A stretch of 64,000 bases of DNA from Acidimicrobiia bacterium (GTDB lineage Bacteria; Actinomycetota; Acidimicrobiia; IMCC26256; PALSA-610), in the NCBI GenBank assembly GCA_038202885.1, contig JBBREP010000007.1, positions 12,327-76,326 of the forward strand, written 5' to 3'. Positions within the stretch are counted from its first letter, which is position 1, and every line of letters begins with the position of its first letter. Positions 20,629 through 30,270 of this stretch are shown here, in pieces. Both the position numbers and the translations under genes were made by a program. The notes beneath the pieces were generated by a model. The model had not been told where the DNA came from. It saw only the letters and a list, made by a program, of their open reading frames with translations, and did no database searches.

Positions 20629-21636
20629 CTAGACGCTCGACTTCAAGGGCATCACGAAACGGTCATCGTGGTCGAAGTTGCGTGCGTACAAGTCGGCGAG
20701 CGCGCGGGCCTCGTCGGCCGTCAGCGCCAAATCGGACGCGGCCGCGTACTCACGCACCTCGTCGACAGTGACGACCGTCGGCAGCACGTTGGCGAACGCC
20801 GCATTGGCGAGGATCCCAGCGACGGCGGCTTGACCGATCGTCCGCCCCGTCTCAGGCGCCCACAAGAACGCGAGCGATTCGGCCTTCTCGAAGTTGTCGC
20901 GCATGTTGTCGCGGTTGCGGTGCGCTCGGTGATCGCCCGCCGGGAACACGGTGTCGATCGTGACCTTGCCCGACAACGAATCCGACGCGTGCGGCACGCG
21001 CGAGATCAGGCTGCAGTCGCCGCTCTGGACGCGTGGTTGGGCCGCGAACGTGAGGCCAGGCTCCTGTTCGAGCACGTTGAACACTGTCTGCAGCGTGCAG
21101 ATCGGACGATCGCGCACTGCTTCGATGCCTTCGGTGACCCAGCCGATGGCCGGTCCGAGCGCCACACCGATCTCGCGGATCTTGCCTTCGGCGCGCAAAC
21201 TCGCAAGCAGTTCCCACAGCGCGTCGTCGCGAATCGGGTCAATGCGCACGTTGTGGAGTTGGTAGAGGTCGATGTAGTCGGTGCCGAGCCGGCGCAGCGA
21301 CGCTTCGAGCTGATGGCGGATGGCATCGAGGCCGAAATCCTGCGGACGCTCGCGCTGGCCCGCCGGGCGCGGCGCGTCGATGTCGTAGCCGCACTTGGTG
21401 GTGAGCACGATCTCGTCACGATGGGTCGACAGGAGCGGCGCGAGCATCGTCTCGCCGATCCCGTCGTCGCCGTAGACGGGAGCCGTGTCGATGAAGTTGA
21501 TGCCGCAGTCGAGCGCGGCGTGCAGCATCGCTTGTGGGTCCTCGACGGCACCCCACCAGTTGCTCGCGAGCGTCCACGTACCGATCCCCACCTCGGAGAC
21601 CGTCAGGTCACTGGCACCAAAGCGGCGAAATCGCAT
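20629..21636 (-). CDS. Aldo/keto reductase
   Basis: FIDTAPVYG, TKCG, SLRRLGTDYIDLYQLH. Confidence 0.92.
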   Translation of the reverse strand: MRFRRFGASDLTVSEVGIGTWTLASNWWGAVEDPQAMLHAALDCGINFIDTAPVYGDDGIGETMLAPLLSTHRDEIVLTTKCGYDIDAPRPAGQRERPQDFGLDAIRHQLEASLRRLGTDYIDLYQLHNVRIDPIRDDALWELLASLRAEGKIREIGVALGPAIGWVTEGIEAVRDRPICTLQTVFNVLEQEPGLTFAAQPRVQSGDCSLISRVPHASDSLSGKVTIDTVFPAGDHRAHRNRDNMRDNFEKAESLAFLWAPETGRTIGQAAVAGILANAAFANVLPTVVTVDEVREYAAASDLALTADEARALADLYARNFDHDDRFVMPLKSSV

Positions 21637-21645
21637 CGCGGGATG

Positions 21646-21999
21646 TTACGGCCGGCCTTCGCCGTCCGCGGCACCGGGCGTAGGGCCGGAGTCGGGGCGT
21701 GCGGTCGTGCTCGACTGCTGCTTCGCGGCGCGCTCCTGGCGTTCTTCGCGCTCGGCCGCTCGGATCGCGTACCCGAACACGATGGCGCCTGGCAGCGCGA
21801 CACAACTCACCGCCAGGCCGATCGTCGCCGCGGTCACAGTCCAGGTCGGAAAGTCGGTGATGGCGCCGACCACGAACGCGAGGATCGCCGCGGCGAGTGC
21901 GCCGTACCCGATCCGTTTGCCGAGCACCACCCACGTGCGGATCAGGGTGCGGCGCCGGTCGACGGCATCGGGACTCGTTGTGGGTTCCACAGCACTCAT
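21646..21999 (-). CDS. Small 2-TM membrane protein
   Basis: ATGA overlap with folP; two hydrophobic helices; IVFGYAIRAAEREE. Confidence 0.7.
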   Translation of the reverse strand: MSAVEPTTSPDAVDRRRTLIRTWVVLGKRIGYGALAAAILAFVVGAITDFPTWTVTAATIGLAVSCVALPGAIVFGYAIRAAEREERQERAAKQQSSTTARPDSGPTPGAADGEGRP

Positions 22000-22958
22000 G
22001 TTGGCGTGGGCGCGATGCGTGCGTCCCACCGGAGTTCGGCCGCGAGGCCTGCGCCGCTTGCGAGTGGCTCGCGACCTTCGAGCACGTCGAGCACCGCGAG
22101 AAAGTCGCGCACGGCGGCGACGTCGTGCACGCGCAGCATCGACGACGGCGCCCGCGCGATCGCGTACGCGATCGCAGCGAGAGTTCCGGCGAGCCGTTCG
22201 CGCGGCGCTCGCCCTGTGATCACGCCAACGAAGTCCTTCCGCGACAGCGCGAGCAGCACTGGCCGTCCGAGTGCGGCGACATCGTCGAGCGCGCGCAGCA
22301 CCTCGACGGTCTGCGACGCGGTCTTGGAAAAGTCGGGTCCGGGATCCACGATCAACTGTTCGGATGCCACCCCAGCCGCTTCGAGTTCGGCGAGCCGCGT
22401 CGTGAGCAGATCGAGCACGTCGCCAGCTACGCCGCCGGGAACGTCGTCGTACAGCTCGCGCGCGTCTTCGCGCGTCTTTGGGCGCCAGCGCGTGTGCATC
22501 ACGACGAGCCCAGCGTTGTGCCGTGCGATGACGGCCGCGAGCGACGGATCGCACAGACCCGAGACATCGTTGATGATGTCGGCGCCCGCGCGCAGCACCG
22601 CGTCGGCAACGCCCGCGCGGTAGGTGTCGATGGAAATCACGCAGTCGCTCTCCCGTCGCAGCCCTTCGACGACGGGCAGCACCCTTTCCAACTCTTCATC
22701 AACGGTGATTTCGGGAACCCCCGTGATGGCCGATTGTCCCCCAATGTCGATGATGGTCGCACCATCGGCCACCAACGCGATCGAGCGGGCCACGCAGGCG
22801 TCGACCGAATCGAGGTCGCCACCGTCGGAGAACGAATCCGGCGTCGCGTTGACGACGCCCATGATCAGCGGCCGGTCGATCGTGATCTCACGATCGCGGC
22901 AGCGCAATCTGATCGAAGATGGGCTCGGATCGGATGGCATCGACGCTCGCGTGTTCAT
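21996..22958 (-). CDS. folP: Dihydropteroate synthase family (FolP2-like variant)
   Basis: GVVNATPDSFSDGG, SIDT, INDVSG, DPGPDFSK, SRKDF, LRVHDV. Confidence 0.85.
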   Translation of the reverse strand: MNTRASMPSDPSPSSIRLRCRDREITIDRPLIMGVVNATPDSFSDGGDLDSVDACVARSIALVADGATIIDIGGQSAITGVPEITVDEELERVLPVVEGLRRESDCVISIDTYRAGVADAVLRAGADIINDVSGLCDPSLAAVIARHNAGLVVMHTRWRPKTREDARELYDDVPGGVAGDVLDLLTTRLAELEAAGVASEQLIVDPGPDFSKTASQTVEVLRALDDVAALGRPVLLALSRKDFVGVITGRAPRERLAGTLAAIAYAIARAPSSMLRVHDVAAVRDFLAVLDVLEGREPLASGAGLAAELRWDARIAPTPT

Positions 22959-23992
22959 CGGTTGAGTCCCACGAACGTCAGCGCTTCGTCGATGCGCCAC
23001 GGCAGATCGGTAATGGAGAACGAGAGGCGTGCTCGGCGCAGGTTCACGTCGAGGAACCGCTCCGAGGGCCGGGCGAGGAACTTCACGAGCTCGGCGGGTT
23101 CGTCGAGTGCGAAGAAACGCAGACCGCACGCCTCGATCTCGCCGAGCACCGCAAACGCGCCGACCACGCAGGGTCGGCGCGCGATGACGGATTCGATCGC
23201 GGCGTCGCCGAAACGCTCCCAGGTCGAAGGCAGGAGCACGACATCGCACGCAGCGTAGGCATCGGCCATGGACGCGGCCGGTCCGATCGTCACCGGGACC
23301 GGGCACCGTTCGAGCAAGCGATGCACGAGCGGCGCGACGTCGTCATCAATAGGTCCACGAAGCCAGTACCGCAACGGCGTTGCAGGAAACATCGTGTGCA
23401 GGGTCTGCAGGTAGCGGATCGCGCCAGCCACGTTGGTGCGCTCACTCGCGCGCGATGGCTGGAAGAACACGATCTCGTCGTCGCCGAACCGCAGCGCGTC
23501 GCGCGTCGTTGCGCGATCTCCGGGTGGAGCATCGAGATCGAAATGATTGTGCACCGTCGACACCGGCGCGAACCCACGAGCGCGCAACTCGCGGCGCGAT
23601 CGCAAGTTGATCGTGGTGTGCAACGCGCCCGGCACCGCGAGCGGAAACTCGTTTGGTTCGTCGCCGTCGCTGTCGTATTCCCCGCCGGGTTGCCAGGGCA
23701 AGTCGTGATGGCGCAACACAACGCGTCCGCCGTGCGCGGCGAAGTCGGTGAGCGCGGCGGCAGCGGCACGGGCCCGCTCGCCATAGCGCGGGAGCGAACA
23801 CAGGTTGTCGACGATGACGAGGTCGCTCCCGGTGAGTGCATCCGAGAGTTCCTGCGCGTCGGCGAAGCGTCCGTCGCCACGACGGACAGCGAAGTCGAGT
23901 TCACCGAGTGCGGTCGCCCAGTGCGCCGACTGCGCGCCGATACCTCCATCGTCGTCGAGTGGATGCGAGAGCATCGTTGCGGTTCGCGCCAC
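22955..23992 (-). CDS. GT4-type glycosyltransferase
   Basis: DNLCSLP, HHDLPWQ, QPSR, PSTWERFG...E; GTG start 6 nt after TACCGT. Confidence 0.75.
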   Translation of the reverse strand: MARTATMLSHPLDDDGGIGAQSAHWATALGELDFAVRRGDGRFADAQELSDALTGSDLVIVDNLCSLPRYGERARAAAAALTDFAAHGGRVVLRHHDLPWQPGGEYDSDGDEPNEFPLAVPGALHTTINLRSRRELRARGFAPVSTVHNHFDLDAPPGDRATTRDALRFGDDEIVFFQPSRASERTNVAGAIRYLQTLHTMFPATPLRYWLRGPIDDDVAPLVHRLLERCPVPVTIGPAASMADAYAACDVVLLPSTWERFGDAAIESVIARRPCVVGAFAVLGEIEACGLRFFALDEPAELVKFLARPSERFLDVNLRRARLSFSITDLPWRIDEALTFVGLNR

Positions 23993-24143
23993 GTCGCGAC
24001 GGTATCGGCCCGGGGCTGACAGGCCTGGCTCGGCACGCTCGGTGGGACTCGCGCGCGCCAGCACCACTGTCCGTGAGAAACGTCGGATCCGACTGGGAAA
24101 ACCGTGGATTGAGGGGTTGCCAAGCGCCTCCACAATGCGCACA

Positions 24144-24222
24144 CTCCTTGGGCACGTGAGGGTGACGATCACAGCAGGTTGTGCGCGTCTCGGGTGGAGC
24201 CGGCCAACTCACGAGGAAGGGG
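24144..24222 (+). ncRNA. Candidate structured leader RNA
   Basis: CACAAT at 24131; nested pairings CTCCTT/AAGGGG, CGTGAG/CTCACG, GTGA/TCAC, GTTG/CAAC. Confidence 0.25.
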
Positions 24223-24339
24223 GAGCATCGAGGAACGCCACTGCGGACACGACGCCGGCGGCACGGTCGCGACCACTGCGACCAACGACCCTGCCGCGTA
24301 CGCCGTGCCCACGGTGCTGCCCGCAACGATGCCTTCGGC

Positions 24340-25734
24340 GTGACTGATTTCCCCCGCCACCTCCGGCTCCTCACCACCGCAACCGCGACGCTCGCGATCG
24401 CCGTTTTCGCTTGCGCCGTCGCGCGTGACGGCGGGCTCCCGCCCGTCGTGCCCTGCGTCTTGCTCGCAGCGATGGCGATCGTCGCCGAACACCAGCGGCT
24501 CACGTTGCGCACCGGCATCGACATCAGCCCTGGGGTCGTCGTGCTGGCGGCGTCGGTGGTCGTGTTCCGACGTTTCGACGCAACCGCCGGCCCGATCCTC
24601 ATCGGCGCGTGCGGCGGGCTGCACCTCGCCTGTACCGGATCGGGTCGACGAGGCTGGATCGTGTTTCATGCCGCGAGTTCGTCGCTCGGCGCCGCCGCGG
24701 CGACCGCGTGTTACTGGGCCATGCCGGCGCAGTTCGTCGCTCGCCTGCCGCTCGGCGTGCTCGCGATCGTTCCGGTTGCGTGCACCGCAATGATCGTCGA
24801 GACGATGGTCGTCGCCGCGTCGTATCGGATCGAAGGAGTGACGCGGCTACGTCACTGGGCCGCCGAGCTGGCGGTGATCGGTGCCGAGGTGCTGGTCTTC
24901 GCGGTCGTTGGCGCACTGATCGGCGTACTGATCAACGCACTTGGATGGTCCGTCGTCGCGCTGTTGCTCGTGCCGGTGTTGCTCGTGCGGCGGGTGCTGG
25001 CGTCGGCCGTTGCCCTCGGTGATGCCCATGCGTCGACGCTGTCCGCCTTGATGCACGCACTTGAGGCGAAGGATCCGTATACCGCTGCGCACGCGGCCCG
25101 GGTGGCGCGTTACGCGACGTACATCGGCGAAGAGTTGGGGATGACGACATACCGACTGGAGCAGCTGCGCCAGGCCGCACTGCTGCACGATGTCGGCAAG
25201 CTCGTCGTGCCGAATCAGCTCTTGAACAAGCCGGGCCGCCTCACCCCAGACGAATACGCTGTCGTCCGTCGACATGAGGGCGTGTCGGTGGCGATGTTGT
25301 CGTGCATCGACCTGCTCGGGCCGATCTCCCACGCCGTTGCCGATGTACGTCACGACACAGATCGCCAACCCCGTTCCCTTGAAGCCCACGTGATCGCGGT
25401 CGCCGATGCCTACGACGCCATGACGTCGACCCGGAGTTATCGGCGTGCGCTCACCCAGGAGGTGGCCTTCGATGAGCTCATCGCGAAGTCGGGGACCCAG
25501 TTTCTCACCCCGTGTGTCGACGCGCTGATCACGGCGTTGACCCGTCGCGATGAGCGTCATGGCGACGGGTGTGAGCAGGCAATGGAGCCGACGTCGGCGT
25601 GGCGGGTCGCGCCGCCGATCGCCGGAGTCGGCTCAGCCGGACTCGGTGACTTCGAGCCCGAACGCACCGTCGACCTCGACCTCGACGAAGCCGAGGTGAC
25701 CGACCTGTTCGATCGGCTCGGGGCGGCGCGGTGA
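24340..25734 (+). CDS. Multi-TM HD-GYP family protein lacking the HHE/GYP segment
   Basis: EAKDPYT..H..RVA, LLHDVGK, AVADAYDAMTS.RSY present; HHExxDGxGYP absent; about 6-7 TM. Confidence 0.85.
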   Translation: MTDFPRHLRLLTTATATLAIAVFACAVARDGGLPPVVPCVLLAAMAIVAEHQRLTLRTGIDISPGVVVLAASVVVFRRFDATAGPILIGACGGLHLACTGSGRRGWIVFHAASSSLGAAAATACYWAMPAQFVARLPLGVLAIVPVACTAMIVETMVVAASYRIEGVTRLRHWAAELAVIGAEVLVFAVVGALIGVLINALGWSVVALLLVPVLLVRRVLASAVALGDAHASTLSALMHALEAKDPYTAAHAARVARYATYIGEELGMTTYRLEQLRQAALLHDVGKLVVPNQLLNKPGRLTPDEYAVVRRHEGVSVAMLSCIDLLGPISHAVADVRHDTDRQPRSLEAHVIAVADAYDAMTSTRSYRRALTQEVAFDELIAKSGTQFLTPCVDALITALTRRDERHGDGCEQAMEPTSAWRVAPPIAGVGSAGLGDFEPERTVDLDLDEAEVTDLFDRLGAAR

Positions 25735-26915
25735 ACCTGCACACCGCGCTGCGCGGCCGTCGCGTTCGCACTGCCGCGGTTGGGGTGGCCGTGGCGGTTG
25801 CCTGCGCCGCGTTCGTCCTTGTCGAGATGCAGCCATCGGGCGCGCTCGCCACCGCCGCGATCCTGGGTGCTGGGATCGTCGCCGGTGAACTCCTCGTGCT
25901 GCGATGGGACGCCGACGGCGAATTGCCCTTGTCATACGCCGTCTTTCTCGTGGTGGCACGGGGTCTGGACCTGCGCTGGGCGATGGCCACCGTGGTGGTC
26001 GCCGAAGCGATCGCGGTCTTCGGTCGCCGGCCGCGCGCCGGCCGGCTCGACATCGACACGGCAACGCAACGGGTCGCGGTCGGCCTCGCGACGATCTTCG
26101 GTTTTCGCGGCGCATTTGCCGTGGTCGCCCACACCGAAAAACTCGACGCGGTCGTCGCGGCGCTGCTCATCGGCGCCGCGAGTGCGGCGTGCGCCGACGG
26201 CGCGTTGCGCCGTACACAGCGCCGGCCGATCGAATGGTCCGAGCGAGCGATGCTCGCGTGGGCCACGCTCGTATCGTGCGGTCTGCTCATGGCGATCGCG
26301 GACCGCGGTGTGGGCGGCGCCGGCCGCATGGGCGTGGCGGGCGCGGCGCTGCTCGCATTGCCGCTACTCGCGGCATGGTTCAGTTTCGAGCGCGTCGCGG
26401 CGATTCGTCGGGCGCACCGCCAGACGATCGAGGCGTTGTCGATGGCGCCCGAACTCGCTGGCCTCGTGGAACCTGGGACCACAGACCGAGTCGCGGACCT
26501 CGCGCGTGCAGTCGGCGAACACGTCGGCCTGACGGCGGGCGAACTCGAGACCCTCGACGCCGCGGCGCGCCTCCAGCACCTGGGTGCTGTGACACTCGAT
26601 GACCCCGCGCACGGCGCGGACGCGCTGGGTACCGGCGACGTTGCCAGGGCCACTGCGGAGATGTTGCGACGCGTCCCTGCCTTTGCGGCCGCGGGCGAGA
26701 TCGTGCGCCGCGCGGGGGCTCGTCGCAGCGTCGTGCTGCTCGATGCTCGCGGCAGCTTGTCGGCGAACGTGCTGCAAAAGGTCAGCCACTACGACGTTGC
26801 GCGCGCCGCCGGACTCGACCCGGCGTCGGCCATTGCGGTGTTACGTGCCGCGGACGCTGACCGGCGGTCGTGCAGCACCATCGACGCGCTCGAGTTCGTG
26901 CTGCTCACCGGTTGA
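25731..26915 (+). CDS. Multi-TM degenerate HD-GYP-like protein
   Basis: GTGA coupling; TM region then QTIEALS.APE.AG, LQHLG in place of LHD.G. Confidence 0.75.
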   Translation: MNLHTALRGRRVRTAAVGVAVAVACAAFVLVEMQPSGALATAAILGAGIVAGELLVLRWDADGELPLSYAVFLVVARGLDLRWAMATVVVAEAIAVFGRRPRAGRLDIDTATQRVAVGLATIFGFRGAFAVVAHTEKLDAVVAALLIGAASAACADGALRRTQRRPIEWSERAMLAWATLVSCGLLMAIADRGVGGAGRMGVAGAALLALPLLAAWFSFERVAAIRRAHRQTIEALSMAPELAGLVEPGTTDRVADLARAVGEHVGLTAGELETLDAAARLQHLGAVTLDDPAHGADALGTGDVARATAEMLRRVPAFAAAGEIVRRAGARRSVVLLDARGSLSANVLQKVSHYDVARAAGLDPASAIAVLRAADADRRSCSTIDALEFVLLTG

Positions 26916-27731
26916 CGCGCGCTCGCGGGGCACGACCCGCACCGAACTCGTTCCCGCGTCGAGGTCTTCGCGCTCGACGATGGCGTCGATGCTGACATCG
27001 ACGGGTAGATCGATTGGGACATCGATTGGGACATCCGCGCTGGCATCGACTGGGACATCGACGGGCGCCGTCGACGCGTCGACGAGCGCGTTGGCGTCGT
27101 CAGCAGCTCGCCGATTCGGGCGCGCCGTGCGGAAGTTGCCGTGCGCAGCGGGAATCAACGTGTCGGCCGCCAGCGTCTGGTGCCCGAACATGTCATCGGC
27201 GTGTGCATGTAGCCGGCGCCGGCGGCGGCTGGCGTGGAACGCGACATCGATCAACCCGACCGCGAGGATGAGATCACCGAAGCTGATCACCTCGTTCGTG
27301 GCCGGCGCATAGATGACGTCGGTGAGCCAATACAGGTGTGTGCTCGAATCGGTGGCGTGGTGCTTCACGGTCGGCTTCAGTCCACCGTCGACCACCCAGT
27401 CGTACGGCACGCGGACGGGCATTCCGTGGTTGACCGTGATGGCGACTGCGTTACACGCAATGCCGATCAGCACGACCGTCATCCCTGTGCGTAGGAGGTT
27501 GCGTCCGCTGAACGCCAGCAGCAGCGCGTACGAGGCGACGAGTGCGCCGAAGCCGAGGTCGTGGCCCCCTGGCGACGGGAGGTGCTCGCTCACGACCGAC
27601 AACGCGACCCCGGCGCCGAACAGCAGTCCCCAGCGCCAACGCGTGTCCAGCAGCATCGCGGCGTAGCTCCCGCGGGTGACCAAGGGGGTCGCGAGCGCCA
27701 GGGCGACGCTGATCCACAGGAAACCCGTCAC
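26841..27731 (-). CDS. DUF5317-like membrane protein
   Basis: N..AI..NHGMPV, KHH, WLTDVI, SFGD; acidic VPID-repeat tail. Confidence 0.78.
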   Translation of the reverse strand: MTGFLWISVALALATPLVTRGSYAAMLLDTRWRWGLLFGAGVALSVVSEHLPSPGGHDLGFGALVASYALLLAFSGRNLLRTGMTVVLIGIACNAVAITVNHGMPVRVPYDWVVDGGLKPTVKHHATDSSTHLYWLTDVIYAPATNEVISFGDLILAVGLIDVAFHASRRRRRLHAHADDMFGHQTLAADTLIPAAHGNFRTARPNRRAADDANALVDASTAPVDVPVDASADVPIDVPIDLPVDVSIDAIVEREDLDAGTSSVRVVPRERASTGEQHELERVDGAARPPVSVRGT

Positions 27732-27788
27732 ATGCCCAACGGTACCGGCCGCGGGTGTGCGGACCGCGGCACCTCTACGATGCCGCGC

Positions 27789-28580
27789 ATGCAGTCAGCG
27801 ACATCCGATGTCCAGTACGAAGTCGAGGGTCCGATCGCGCGCATCACGATCGATCGCCCGCAGCGCCGTAACGCTATGTCGTTCACGGTGATCGAAGGTT
27901 TGCTCGAGTCGTTCAGGAGTGCGGCCAACGACGCCAATGTGCGCGTCGTCGTACTTACCGGCGCGGGCGACAAAGCGTTTTGTGCCGGCGCCGATCTGAG
28001 TGGCATCGCCGACAACGCGAGCTTCGCCGAGGTACATGTCGCGCGCGGTCGACTCGCCGAGTTGTTCGAACTCATGCGCACGCTCGCCAAACCGTCGATC
28101 GCCCGCGTGCGCGGCTACGCGCTCGCCGGTGGGTTCGGCCTGGCGTGCGCATGCGATCTCTTGGTCGCAGCCGACGACGCCGTCTTCGGCACCCCGGAGA
28201 TCAACATCGGCCTGTGGCCCTACATGATCACCGTGCCGCTGTTGCGATCCCTGCCGCCCAAGCGGCTGCTCGAACTGATGATGACCGGACGGCGTGTCGA
28301 TGCGACGGAGGCATTGCAGCTCGGTATCGCCACCAGCGTTGTGTCCGTCGCCGATCTCGATGCTGCCGTCGACGAACTCGCCGCAACGCTCGCTTCGAAA
28401 CCGCCGCTTGCGTTGCAGTGGGGGAGAGAGTCGTTCTATCGAACGCTCGAAGAACACGACAGCACCGCGGCGCTTGCATACTTGCACGCGATGCTGACGA
28501 TCACGACGAACACCGACGACGCGGCCGAGGGTGTTACCGCGTTCGCCGAAAAGCGTGCGCCGCGCTGGAGCGGACGATGA
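27789..28580 (+). CDS. Enoyl-CoA hydratase/isomerase (methylglutaconyl-CoA hydratase-like)
   Basis: FCAGADL, ALAGGFGL, PEINIGL. Confidence 0.9.
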   Translation: MQSATSDVQYEVEGPIARITIDRPQRRNAMSFTVIEGLLESFRSAANDANVRVVVLTGAGDKAFCAGADLSGIADNASFAEVHVARGRLAELFELMRTLAKPSIARVRGYALAGGFGLACACDLLVAADDAVFGTPEINIGLWPYMITVPLLRSLPPKRLLELMMTGRRVDATEALQLGIATSVVSVADLDAAVDELAATLASKPPLALQWGRESFYRTLEEHDSTAALAYLHAMLTITTNTDDAAEGVTAFAEKRAPRWSGR

Positions 28581-30175
28581 GCGCGCCACGCTCGCCCGAG
28601 TCGTCGGCCGGTGGGGACCGCCACGACTGGGGACCGCTCGTCGGCGACCTCAACGACCGCAAGACGCGTGCGCTCGGCATGGGTGGGCCCGAGCTGCTCG
28701 AACGCCAGCGGTCGCTTGGCAAGCTGCCCGTGCGCGAACGACTGGCGTTGTTGGTGGATCCCGGCAGTTTCGTCGAGTACGGCCTGCTCGCCGACCACAT
28801 GGATGCGGGCATCGGCGATCGCTATCTCGCCGCCGACGGCTGCGTCACGGGGATCGGCCGCATCGATGGGCGATCGGTTGCGATCGCGGCATACGACTTC
28901 ACGGTGATGGCCGGCTCGATGGGCGCGGTCAGCGAGAACAAGATCGCACGGATGCGGGCTCACGCACTGGGCCAACGCATACCGATGGTGTGGCTCCTCG
29001 ACTCAGCCGGCGCTCGGATTCAGGCCACGAGCGGCTCCACGTTTGCCGGCGCGGGCGCACTGTTCCGTGAGCAGGTCGCGATGAGCGGTGTCGTGCCGAT
29101 GGTGGCCGCGATGATGGGCCATTGCGCGGCGGGAACCGCCTACATCCCCGCGCTCGCCGACTTCGTGCCGATGGTGAAGGGCACGTCGTCGATGGCGCTG
29201 GCCGGCCGCCACCTCGTCAAGGCAGCGGTCGGTGAAGACGTCACCGAGGAGGAGATGGGTGGATCGGCCGTGCACTGCAAGGTGTCGGGGGTCGCTGATC
29301 TCGAGGTGGCGTCCGACGAGGACTGCCTGCGCGTTGTGCGCGACTACTTGTCGTTCTTCCCACAGCACAACGGCGAGTCGCCGCCCGTGCGCGAGTGTGA
29401 CGATCCCGTCGATCGGCGAGTCGAGGAGCTGTACGAGATCGTGCCGACGGCGCCGCGCCGTGCGTACGACGTGCGCAAGGTCATCACCGCGATCGTCGAC
29501 GACGGCCACGTGTTTTGGATGAAGCCGGATTGGGCCAAGAACATCGTGACCGGTCTGGCGCGCGTCGGCGGGAAACCCGTCGGCATCGTTGCGAACCAAC
29601 CGATGGTGCTCGGTGGCGCGCTCGACGTGAACGCGGCCGACAAGGCGGCTCGTTTCGTGTGGCTGTGCGACGCCTTCAACGTGCCGCTTGTGTTCCTGCA
29701 CGACGTGCCCGGCTTCATCGTGGGCAGCGCGGTCGAAAAGCAAGGAATCATCCGCCACGGCGCCAAGATGCTGTTCGCCATCTCCGAGGCGACCGTGCCG
29801 AAGATCAGTGTGGTGATGCGCAAGAGCTACGGCGCGGGCTATTTCGTGATGAACGGGTTGGCCTACGAGGCCGACTATCTCGTGGCCTGGCCCACAGCCG
29901 AGATCGCGGTGATGGGTCCCGATGGCGCCGTCAACATCATCCATCGCAAGCAGCTCGCGGCGATCGAGGACGAGGCCGAACGCGTGGCGCGCCGTCTCGA
30001 GTTGGCCGAGGAGATCCGGGCCAACATCGACCCCTACATCGCGGCCGGCCATGCCCAGCTCGACGACGTCATCGACCCGGCCGATACCCGCGCCGCGATC
30101 TGGAAGGGTCTGTCGATCACGGCCGACAAGCGCGTCGAGCGTCCCTGGCGCAAACACGGCGTCCTGCCCGTCTAA
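28577..30175 (+). CDS. Acyl-CoA carboxylase carboxyltransferase (beta) subunit
   Basis: DFTVMAGSMG, DSAGARIQ, DVPGF, RKSYGAG, RKHG. Confidence 0.93.
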   Translation: MSAPRSPESSAGGDRHDWGPLVGDLNDRKTRALGMGGPELLERQRSLGKLPVRERLALLVDPGSFVEYGLLADHMDAGIGDRYLAADGCVTGIGRIDGRSVAIAAYDFTVMAGSMGAVSENKIARMRAHALGQRIPMVWLLDSAGARIQATSGSTFAGAGALFREQVAMSGVVPMVAAMMGHCAAGTAYIPALADFVPMVKGTSSMALAGRHLVKAAVGEDVTEEEMGGSAVHCKVSGVADLEVASDEDCLRVVRDYLSFFPQHNGESPPVRECDDPVDRRVEELYEIVPTAPRRAYDVRKVITAIVDDGHVFWMKPDWAKNIVTGLARVGGKPVGIVANQPMVLGGALDVNAADKAARFVWLCDAFNVPLVFLHDVPGFIVGSAVEKQGIIRHGAKMLFAISEATVPKISVVMRKSYGAGYFVMNGLAYEADYLVAWPTAEIAVMGPDGAVNIIHRKQLAAIEDEAERVARRLELAEEIRANIDPYIAAGHAQLDDVIDPADTRAAIWKGLSITADKRVERPWRKHGVLPV

Positions 30176-30237
30176 CGCCGCGCCGTGGTCCCATAAAAAG
30201 CGCGGTTTTCTGCGCTTTGATGGGACCACGGGGCGTT
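30174..30237. repeat. Long intergenic hairpin (terminator or REP-like)
   Basis: CCGTGGTCCCAT/ATGGGACCACGG, AAAGCGC/GCGCTTT and AACGCC/GGCGTT arms. Confidence 0.8.
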
Positions 30238-30270
30238 GGGGGCGGCGGCGGGTCGCTACGCTCCCACGCC

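Noticed and set aside
20668-22623. Long opposite-strand ORFs (also 8557-9918, 15991-17469, 31099-32895, 44837-46270, 60723-61976)
   Set aside because: Antisense shadows of motif-bearing genes, expected at high GC; no recognisable domains
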